NCBI GenBank assembly: GCA_046756405.1
Contig: JBHHWH010000002.1
Location: 240-64,239, forward strand
Source: Acidimicrobiia bacterium
GTDB lineage: Bacteria; Actinomycetota; Acidimicrobiia; Spongiisociales; ZC4RG35
Length of the DNA: 64,000 bases
Reading direction: 5' to 3'
The position numbers and the translations under genes are program-made. Below are positions 10,433-17,774 of this stretch, piece by piece. Under the pieces are notes generated by a model. That model was not told the DNA's origin and ran no database searches. It saw only the letters and a list, made by a program, of their open reading frames with translations. Position 1 is the first letter of the stretch. Each line of letters begins with the position of its first letter.

Positions 10433-10687
10433 ATGTCTAAGACCAAAGCCGGAGGTTCCTCCAAGAACGGGCGCGAGTCCCACTCCAAGAGGCTGGGCGC
10501 CAAGGTGTTCGACGGCCAGGTGGTCCAGGCCGGAGCCATCCTGGTCCGTCAGCGTGGTACTCGCATCCACCCGGGGGACAACGTCGCCCGGGGAGGCGAC
10601 GACACCCTGTTCGCCACCGCCTCGGGCCGGGTCAAGTACGGGACGAAGGCCAACCGCCGCCTCGTCTCCGTTCTACCCGGCGAGTAG
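10433..10687 (+). CDS. rpmA: 50S ribosomal protein L27
   Basis: [29 protein letters not shown]... canonical L27. Confidence 0.95.
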   Translation: MSKTKAGGSSKNGRESHSKRLGAKVFDGQVVQAGAILVRQRGTRIHPGDNVARGGDDTLFATASGRVKYGTKANRRLVSVLPGE

Positions 10688-10710
10688 GCCTTACCCCGAT
10701 CGGGGGTCCC

Positions 10711-11958
10711 ATGTTCGTTGACCGCGTCCGGGTTCATCTCCGCGGCGGGAACGGCGGCGCGGGCGTCGTTGCCTTCCAGAAGGTGAGGGGCAAGCCCAAA
10801 GGCAAGCCCACCGGCGGGAACGGGGGACCGGGGGGCTCGGTTATTCTCCGCGCCGACCCTTCAGTGGCCACCCTCCTCCGATACAAGCGCAACCCCCATC
10901 ATCAGGCGGGCCACGGGACCCACGGCGAAGGTGATCTGCGTCATGGAAAGGCGGGGAAAGACCTTGTACTGCCCGTGCCCCTGGGGACGGTGGTCATCGA
11001 TGAAGAGGGCACCGTGATCGCCGATCTCGTCGAGCCCGGCCAGGAGGTGGTCGCGGTGAGGGGAGGCCGAGGAGGGCTGGGCAACGCCGCCTTCGTTAGC
11101 CCCCACAATCGGGCCCCGTCCGTCGCCGAGCAGGGGGAGTACGGACGGGAAGCGTGGTTTGCCCTCGAGCTGAAGTTGGTGGCCGACGCCGCCCTCGTCG
11201 GGTTTCCCAACGCCGGGAAGTCCACCTTTATCTCCCGGGTCTCGGCTGCCAAGCCGAAGATCGCCGACTACCCCTTCACCACCCTCCAGCCCAATCTGGG
11301 AGTGGTAAGCCACGACGGCCGGGAGTTCGTCCTCGCCGACATCCCAGGCCTGATCGAAGGGGCGGCGCAGGGCAAGGGGCTGGGCCACGAGTTCTTGCGG
11401 CACACCGAACGAGCTGGGGTGCTTGTGGTGCTGCTGGACCCTTCCGAGACCCAGCTGGTGCCTCCTGAGCAACAGCTCGAGGTTCTGGTACGCGAGCTGT
11501 CCGAATACTCGCCTGAGCTCGCGGAACGGCCCCGGCTAGTGCTGGTCAACAAGGCCGACCTCGGGGGAGTGGAGGCGATCGCCGAGCGGTTGGGGGCGCT
11601 TCCCGTGTCCGCCCTCACCGGGGAGGGGCTGGACGGGGCCCTGCATGCGATCGCCGACCTGGTGGAGCAGGCAGAGCGGGAGGCCCCGGAGCGCAAGGGC
11701 TTCGTCCTCCATCGTCCCCTCGGACCCAGCTTCAGAGTCCACCGTGAAGAAGAGGCGTGGCGGGTAGAGGGGCAGGCTGCGGAGCGGGCGGTCCGCTTCG
11801 CCGACCTCACCAACCCGGAGGCAGCGGACCTTGCGGCCAGGCGGTTGGCCCGCCTCGGCGTCGAAGACGCCCTCCGTGCTGCCGGCGCCAAACCCGGCGA
11901 CGAAGTCCGCATCGGCGACCTCAGCTTCGAATTCAGCCAGGATCTGGAAGAGGAATAA
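10711..11958 (+). CDS. obg: GTPase Obg/CgtA
   Basis: Gly-rich Obg fold N-terminus (GGNGGAGVVAF...GGNGGPGGSVIL). G-domain motifs GFPNAGKST and DIPGLIEGA. C-terminal OCT domain. Confidence 0.95.
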   Translation: MFVDRVRVHLRGGNGGAGVVAFQKVRGKPKGKPTGGNGGPGGSVILRADPSVATLLRYKRNPHHQAGHGTHGEGDLRHGKAGKDLVLPVPLGTVVIDEEGTVIADLVEPGQEVVAVRGGRGGLGNAAFVSPHNRAPSVAEQGEYGREAWFALELKLVADAALVGFPNAGKSTFISRVSAAKPKIADYPFTTLQPNLGVVSHDGREFVLADIPGLIEGAAQGKGLGHEFLRHTERAGVLVVLLDPSETQLVPPEQQLEVLVRELSEYSPELAERPRLVLVNKADLGGVEAIAERLGALPVSALTGEGLDGALHAIADLVEQAEREAPERKGFVLHRPLGPSFRVHREEEAWRVEGQAAERAVRFADLTNPEAADLAARRLARLGVEDALRAAGAKPGDEVRIGDLSFEFSQDLEEE

Positions 11959-12071
11959 CGTTCTGTGGGGGTTTACGGACCGTTTTGGCCCGCAGACCCG
12001 CACAGAAAGTTATCCACAACCCTTCTGTGCGGGTTTACGGACCGTTTTGGCCCGCAGACCCGCACAGAACG
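11959..12071. repeat. Two tandem copies of a ~62-bp palindromic repeat unit filling the obg/trkH convergent intergenic region
   Basis: Copy A 11961-12007 and copy B 12023-12069. Each is ttctgtg(c/g)gggt-ttacggaccgttttggcccgcag-acccgcacagaa (12-bp stem), separated by agttatccacaaccc. Near-identical copies at 52146-52220 and 55299-55374. Confidence 0.8.
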
Positions 12072-12072
12072 A

Positions 12073-13566
12073 TTAGCGGCGCCAGAGGTCGCGGGTGAAG
12101 AGGACGAGCACGGGGAAGATTTCCAGGCGGCCGACGATCATCAGGCCCGAGAGCAACCACTTTGCCAGCTCGGGAAGGCCGGCGTAGGTCGCGGCCGGGC
12201 CCACCTGACCCAACCCAGGGCCTATGTTCCCGATGGAGGCGGCCACCGCCGAGGCGGCGGTCACCAGGTCGAGGCCTTCGCTGAGGTTGGCGTCGATGAA
12301 GGCCAGGGCGAAGGTCGAGGCCATGAACAGGAACATGTAGAACAGGAAGAACGACTGGATTGCCTCCACCACCGGTTCGTTGACCCTCTTGCCGCCGAAG
12401 CGGACGACGAAGATCCCCCGGGGGTGGACGAGACGACGGAGGTCGGCGAAGGCGGCCTTGCTCAGCACTCCAAGACGGAAGGTCTTGATTCCCCCGGCGG
12501 TCGAACCCGCCATGCCTCCGACGAACATCAAACCCATCACCATGATCTGTAGAGCGGGCCTCCAGGAGCCGAAGTCGGCAGAGGCGTATCCAGTCGTAGT
12601 CGTGATGGAGACCGTGTTGAAGGCGGCCTCCCTGATGGCCGCTTCGAGGCCAAGGTCGGCGAAAAGGCCTCCTGCGACGATGACGGTAGCGACAGCTGCG
12701 ATGGCCACATAGAGGCGGAACTCGGAGTTCCGCCAGTACTCCCCGGGCCGGGTAAGGGCCCGGAAGTGGAGTGCGAAGGACACCCCAGCAACGAACATGA
12801 AGAAGGTGATCACCCACTGGGTGTAGACGCTGAACCCAGCGATCGAAGTCGGCTCGGTACCGAATCCTCCGGTGGACATGGTGGTGAAGGAGTGGACCAC
12901 CGCCTGGAAGCCGGTCATGTCCCCCAGAGCCAGCATCACCACCTCGATCAGGGTTATGGCCGCGTAGACCAGCCACAGCCGTTTCGCCGTTTCCTGAACC
13001 CGGGGCGCAAGCCGGATGGGAGTGTGCCCGGGAGACTCGGCCTTCACCAGTTGCATGCCCCCGGTACCCAGCAAAGGGAGAATGGCCACGCCGAGGACTA
13101 TCACTCCCATGCCTCCCATCCACTGAGTCAGCGCCCTCCAGAAGGAGATACCCCGGGGGAGGGCACTGGGGTCGGGAACCACGGATGCACCGGTGGTGGT
13201 GAAACCCGAGGCGGTTTCGAAGACCGCATCCGAGACAGATGAAATCTCGCCGGTGAGCAGGTAGGGGAGAGCACCGAAGAGGGAGAAGACGAACCAGGCC
13301 ATTCCGACGGTGGCGAAGGCCTGTTTGACCGTGATCGTTTCGGGCTTGGGAACCAGACGGTGGCTGAGAAAGCCGGCGATGGCGGTGATGGCCGCGGCGA
13401 CGACCATGCCTGCCGCGTCGCCGCTCTCTCCGTAGAAGGTAGCGACGCCCGCCGAGATAGCCATCCCCAGGGCGACGAAGAGGAGCACCGAGCCGAGCAC
13501 GTAGGCGACGGTCTCGAGGAGTCTCCTCAAGGCCGAGCGGCTGGCCCGACTGTTGGTGTCGGTCAT
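12073..13566 (-). CDS. trkH: TrkH/KtrB-family K+ transporter membrane subunit
   Basis: 497 aa polytopic protein with repeated pore-loop GxG-like segments. Start overlaps the trkA stop (ATGA). Confidence 0.85.
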   Translation of the reverse strand: MTDTNSRASRSALRRLLETVAYVLGSVLLFVALGMAISAGVATFYGESGDAAGMVVAAAITAIAGFLSHRLVPKPETITVKQAFATVGMAWFVFSLFGALPYLLTGEISSVSDAVFETASGFTTTGASVVPDPSALPRGISFWRALTQWMGGMGVIVLGVAILPLLGTGGMQLVKAESPGHTPIRLAPRVQETAKRLWLVYAAITLIEVVMLALGDMTGFQAVVHSFTTMSTGGFGTEPTSIAGFSVYTQWVITFFMFVAGVSFALHFRALTRPGEYWRNSEFRLYVAIAAVATVIVAGGLFADLGLEAAIREAAFNTVSITTTTGYASADFGSWRPALQIMVMGLMFVGGMAGSTAGGIKTFRLGVLSKAAFADLRRLVHPRGIFVVRFGGKRVNEPVVEAIQSFFLFYMFLFMASTFALAFIDANLSEGLDLVTAASAVAASIGNIGPGLGQVGPAATYAGLPELAKWLLSGLMIVGRLEIFPVLVLFTRDLWRR

Positions 13567-14894
13567 GCGGTGAAGAGGGCCACCGACTCCTCGATGTCCC
13601 GGGGCAGAGCGAAGAAGATGATGCGATCTCCGGCACGGATGACCGTCGAACCGTCAGGAACGAAAGTGGTCCCGTTCCGGGAGATCCCGCCGATGATGAC
13701 CCCCAGGGGCAGTTCTAGATCGAGGAGGCTCTTGTCACACGCTGGGGAGCCGGATTGAACTTCGATCTCAATGGCCTCGGCGTCGGTGTCGGAGAAAGTA
13801 GCCACGTGTTCGATCTCTCCCTGGCGGACGAAGCGCAGGATGGCACTGGCCGCCATCAGACGCGACGAAACCGCGGCGTCGATCCCCAGTCCAGTGAGGA
13901 GGCTGACGTAGTCGATCCGATAGAACCGCGAGATGGTCATGCCGGCGCCGGTGGCCTTGCCCACGAGGCAGCCCAAGAGGTTGACCTCGTCCCATCCGGT
14001 AAGTCCCATGACGACGTCGCCTGGCCCCAGCTCCAGGTCGGACATCACCTGGGGGTCGGTGGGGTCGGCACAGATCACCAAGGCTTGAGGATGACGTGAA
14101 GCAAGCAGACTGCACCTGTCGTCACTGTGGTCGACGAGCACCACCGAGAGGCCGGCCTCTGCCATGGCATCGGCAGTCAGTTCGGCGAGCCTGGTCCCTC
14201 CGATGATTATCGCCCTATCGATGTTGCGACGCTCCAGGCCGAGGATGCGGAGACCGTCGTCGACGTGCTCGGAGGTTGTCATCAGCAGTGCGTGATCCCC
14301 CGGACGCACCAGGGTGTCACCATGGGCGACGACGGTCTGGCCGTCCCGTACCAGAGCAGCCACAACCCAGTCCCAATCCGCTTCCCTGGTCCTCAGCTTG
14401 CTCAGCCTGTATGTGGCTATGACGGCTCCAGGGCCCACGACGCCTCCCACCATCACCAGGTCGCCCCCGGCGAAGTTGATCAGCTCGCTGACACCGCCCA
14501 GGCCGACGATTCCCACCAGCTCTTCGGCCGCCGTTGCCGAAGGGTCGATGACGACGTCGACCCCGAGCCGGTCGGCGCCCTCGCGGATCTCCGGGTCTTC
14601 TATCCGAGCGATAGTGGTCTTGGCTCCCATCTCCTTGCCGGTGAAACAGGCCAGTACGTTGGCCCCGTCGGAGTTGGAGACGGCGATGAGCAGGTCGGCC
14701 CTGTGGACTCCGGCCTGTTCGAGGACGGAGGCGCTGGCCCCATTCCCATGGAGCACTAGTGCGTCCACGACTTCCTGGAACTGGGCAGCGCGGCGTTCAT
14801 CGTCCTCGATGACGATCACATCTTGTCCCTCGGAGGAGAGCCGCTCGGCGAGGTAAGAGCCCACGGCTCCGGCGCCCACGATGATTATCCGCAT
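13563..14894 (-). CDS. trkA: Trk system K+ uptake regulatory protein TrkA (two RCK_N + RCK_C repeats)
   Basis: 443 aa from internal ATG (MRIIIVGAGAVGSYLAERL). Second Rossmann repeat AIIIGGTRLA. The track ORF extends to 15065 with a non-homologous N-terminal extension. Confidence 0.85.
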   Translation of the reverse strand: MRIIIVGAGAVGSYLAERLSSEGQDVIVIEDDERRAAQFQEVVDALVLHGNGASASVLEQAGVHRADLLIAVSNSDGANVLACFTGKEMGAKTTIARIEDPEIREGADRLGVDVVIDPSATAAEELVGIVGLGGVSELINFAGGDLVMVGGVVGPGAVIATYRLSKLRTREADWDWVVAALVRDGQTVVAHGDTLVRPGDHALLMTTSEHVDDGLRILGLERRNIDRAIIIGGTRLAELTADAMAEAGLSVVLVDHSDDRCSLLASRHPQALVICADPTDPQVMSDLELGPGDVVMGLTGWDEVNLLGCLVGKATGAGMTISRFYRIDYVSLLTGLGIDAAVSSRLMAASAILRFVRQGEIEHVATFSDTDAEAIEIEVQSGSPACDKSLLDLELPLGVIIGGISRNGTTFVPDGSTVIRAGDRIIFFALPRDIEESVALFTA

Positions 14895-15023
14895 CTGCCT
14901 GCTGTCGCTTGTCGAGTTGGAGAGCCAGGGTAACCAGAGCGGGCGCCCAGCCACAGCCCAACGGCCGATATCTGGCCCAGAGGAGACAGCCCCGTACAAT
15001 GAGGGCGATCCCCAGGAGAGAAA

Positions 15024-15887
15024 TTGGAATTTGACACCCCTCAGGCGGTCGCTGAAGCGCTTCAAGCGGTCGACTACCTACCCGACGAACGTATCGCCCA
15101 GGTCGTTTTCCTGGCCGACCGCCTGGACAAACCAGTGCTGGTCGAAGGCCCGGCGGGCGTGGGCAAGACGGAGCTCGCCAAGGCTGTCGCCATGGTCACC
15201 GGCCGGCCGCTCATCCGACTCCAGTGCTACGAGGGCCTGGACGAGGCTAAGGCCCTCTACGAGTGGAACTACAAGAAGCAGCTCCTTCGTATCCAGGCTG
15301 ACGCCGACCACGACTGGGCCAGCATCAGCCATGACATCTTTACCGAGGAGTTCTTGCTGACGAGGCCGCTGTTGGAGGCCATCCGCTCCCGGGAGCCGGT
15401 GGTGCTCCTGATCGACGAGATCGACCGGGTGGAGGTGGAGACCGAGGCCCTTCTGCTGGAGGTCCTCTCCGACTTCCAGGTGTCGATCCCCGAGCTGGGG
15501 ACGATCACCGCCACCACGCAGCCATTGGTGTTCCTGACCTCGAACAACACGAGAGAGCTCAGTGAAGCCCTCAAGCGGCGCTGCCTGTTTCTCCACATCG
15601 ACTATCCGACTCCGGAGAGGGAGAGCGCCATCCTCGAGGCGCGGGTGCCGGGGCTATCACGGCATCTGGCCGAGCAGGTGGCGAAGGTGGCGCGCTCGAT
15701 CCGCCACCTCGATGTCAAGAAGGCACCCTCGGTCTCTGAGACCATCGACTGGGCTCGCACCCTTCTCGCCCTCTCGGTGGAGGAGGTCGACGAAGGGGTG
15801 CTGGGGGATACCCTTCATGTGCTGCTCAAGTACCAGACCGACATCGAGAAGGCTGCCAAGGAGCTGATCTCTCGATCCGAGGGCTAG
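15024..15887 (+). CDS. MoxR/CoxD-like AAA+ ATPase (AAA_5)
   Basis: Walker A GPAGVGKTELAKAV. Walker B LLIDEIDR. TTG start with a GGAGAG SD. Immediately followed by the VWA partner. Confidence 0.8.
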   Translation: MEFDTPQAVAEALQAVDYLPDERIAQVVFLADRLDKPVLVEGPAGVGKTELAKAVAMVTGRPLIRLQCYEGLDEAKALYEWNYKKQLLRIQADADHDWASISHDIFTEEFLLTRPLLEAIRSREPVVLLIDEIDRVEVETEALLLEVLSDFQVSIPELGTITATTQPLVFLTSNNTRELSEALKRRCLFLHIDYPTPERESAILEARVPGLSRHLAEQVAKVARSIRHLDVKKAPSVSETIDWARTLLALSVEEVDEGVLGDTLHVLLKYQTDIEKAAKELISRSEG

Positions 15888-15891
15888 GCCG

Positions 15892-17298
15892 GTGCTGACG
15901 GTCATCACCGGATTTATCGACGAGCTGCGGGCAGCGGGCGTTCCCGTCTCCATGGTGGAGGCCATCGACGCCATGAAGGCGGTGGAGGCGGTCGAGATCG
16001 GGCAGCGGGTTGCGCTCCGGGAGACGCTGCGGGCCACCCTCGTCAAGAACCTCCGTCACGAGAAGGCCTTCGACACCGCTTTCGACATCTACTTCTCGAC
16101 CCTGCCCGCCCTTGCTCCCCGAGGAGACGAAGAGCTGGTGGACCCGGCGGAGGCCCCGCCGGCCGAGGCGCCAGGCGGGTTCGATCTCGAAGATCTGGTG
16201 AACTCACTGCTCGAAGCCCTGGCCGACCTCGACGAGGAGGCACTGCGCCGGGGGGCGAGGACCGCGGTGGAACAGCTTGCCGGAATGGAGCCAGGGCGTC
16301 CCGTCGGCGGCACCTATTACCTGTACCGCACCCTGCGTCGTCTCGACCTGGCGCGGCTGGAGGATCTCCTTCGGGAGGCCCTTTTGGCCGATGAGGACCT
16401 GACCGACCTGGAAAGGCGGCTCCTCGAAGAGGAGGTGGAGGAGAGGTTGGAGCTGCTCCGCGAGGAGATCCAGGAAGAGATCCGGCGCCGCCTGGTGGCG
16501 GACCGGGGCAGGGAAGCTGTGGCCCGCACCCTGAGACGTCCCCTGATCGAAGACATCGACCTCATGCACGCCACCACCGCGGAGCTCGTCGAAATGGAGG
16601 CGGCCATAGGCCCGCTCACCCGCAAGCTCGCTGCCCGCCTCGCCCGACGCCGCCGCCGGCGATCGGGACGGCTCGACTTCCGCAGAACGGTCAGGCGCTC
16701 GCTGGCGACCGGCGGTGTGCCTGCCGACCCCCAGTTCCGCCACCCCCGACCTCACCGGCCAGAAGTGTGGCTGCTGTGCGACATCTCGGGGTCGATGGCC
16801 ACGTTCTCCCGGTTCACCCTCCAGTTCACCCATGCCATGTCCACCCACTTCTCCCGGCTTCGATCCTTCGCCTTCATCGACACCATCGACGAGGTCACCG
16901 ACTTCTTCGGGCCCGGGGTCGATTTCTCCAAGGCGGTCAACCGGATCACCACCGAAGCCAGGGTGGTCTGGCTCGACGGGCACTCCGATTACGGCAACTC
17001 CCTGGAACGTTTCCACCAGGAATATGGGTCCCAACTCACGCCGCGGACCACGGTGATCATCACCGGGGACGCCCGCAACAACTACCGGCCTCCCCGTGAC
17101 TCGGTCCTCGGGGACATCGCCCGCCAGGCCCGGGCCGTGCTGTGGCTGAACCCCGAGCCCGAGGCCTACTGGGACACGGGAGATTCGGTGATGTCCGCCT
17201 ACGGCAAGCATTGCACCTCGGCGTACGAGGTGAGAACCCTGCGGCAGCTCGAGGAATTCGTAGAAAATCTGGCACTGCCGAGACACTGGAATTCCTAA
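15892..17298 (+). CDS. VWA-domain protein, CoxE-like partner of the MoxR ATPase
   Basis: 468 aa. MIDAS-type motif DISGSM in the C-terminal VWA domain. Acidic/Arg-rich coiled-coil middle region. GTG start 4 nt after the coxD-like stop. Confidence 0.8.
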   Translation: MLTVITGFIDELRAAGVPVSMVEAIDAMKAVEAVEIGQRVALRETLRATLVKNLRHEKAFDTAFDIYFSTLPALAPRGDEELVDPAEAPPAEAPGGFDLEDLVNSLLEALADLDEEALRRGARTAVEQLAGMEPGRPVGGTYYLYRTLRRLDLARLEDLLREALLADEDLTDLERRLLEEEVEERLELLREEIQEEIRRRLVADRGREAVARTLRRPLIEDIDLMHATTAELVEMEAAIGPLTRKLAARLARRRRRRSGRLDFRRTVRRSLATGGVPADPQFRHPRPHRPEVWLLCDISGSMATFSRFTLQFTHAMSTHFSRLRSFAFIDTIDEVTDFFGPGVDFSKAVNRITTEARVVWLDGHSDYGNSLERFHQEYGSQLTPRTTVIITGDARNNYRPPRDSVLGDIARQARAVLWLNPEPEAYWDTGDSVMSAYGKHCTSAYEVRTLRQLEEFVENLALPRHWNS

Positions 17299-17369
17299 AC
17301 CCCGTGGTTTCCTGTGCCGATGATGCGGGTGAGGCCCACTCCCGGGCCATGGAGACTGAGGTGAATCAA

Positions 17370-17735
17370 ATGGGCTCACGCATACTCGTGGTGGAGGACT
17401 CGGCCGTCATTCGGCGGCTGATCGAAGTGTGTTTGAGGGCAGCCGATCTCGAGATCGTCACCCGAGACGAAGGAAAGTCCGGTCTCCATGCTGTCAGCTC
17501 TGAGTCACCCGATTTGGTGGTTCTCGACATCGGACTGCCAGGAATGGACGGATGGGAGGTGCTCGACCGCATCCGGCGCGATCCGGCGACAAAGGACCTA
17601 CCGGTTGTGGTCCTTACCGCCCACGCCGAAGAGGAGTCGAGGCGCCGGGCCAACGAGGGAGGCGCCGACGCCTTCGTGACCAAGCCCTTCCAGCCGAACG
17701 ACTTCAGGAGCACGGTCCTCTCCTTGCTCGAGTGA
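17370..17735 (+). CDS. Single-domain CheY-like response regulator receiver
   Basis: 121 aa. Receiver signature residues: acidic pocket (VVEDS), phospho-acceptor Asp in LVVLDIGLPGMDGWEV, T of LTAH, K of VTKPF. No output domain. Confidence 0.8.
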   Translation: MGSRILVVEDSAVIRRLIEVCLRAADLEIVTRDEGKSGLHAVSSESPDLVVLDIGLPGMDGWEVLDRIRRDPATKDLPVVVLTAHAEEESRRRANEGGADAFVTKPFQPNDFRSTVLSLLE

Positions 17736-17774
17736 GCTGCGGGTCCCGGCGGGGCTTCGCCTAATCTGCCGCCG

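Noticed and set aside
11959-12071. Tandem repeats with intervening sequence considered as a CRISPR array
   Set aside because: Only two units at this locus. The intervening sequence is conserved at the other loci, not a unique spacer. The repeat is 47 nt with a 12-bp stem, and no cas genes are in the window. It fits an interspersed REP/terminator-like element better.
12035-13636. 533-aa antisense ORF overlapping trkH, and similar long overlapping ORFs (e.g. 6305..7420 -, 9114..10004 -, 16204..17379 -, 36287..38491 +, 62086..63195 -)
   Set aside because: Arg/Gly/Pro/His-rich low-complexity translations lying opposite to or out of frame with strongly supported genes. This is the typical open-frame artefact of high-GC DNA; no domain signatures.
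15024-17298. MoxR AAA+ / VWA gene pair considered as a novel defence or stress system
   Set aside because: The pair sits directly upstream of a CoxL-like Mo-hydroxylase. It matches the well-known coxD/coxE maturation pair of cox/xdh-family clusters.
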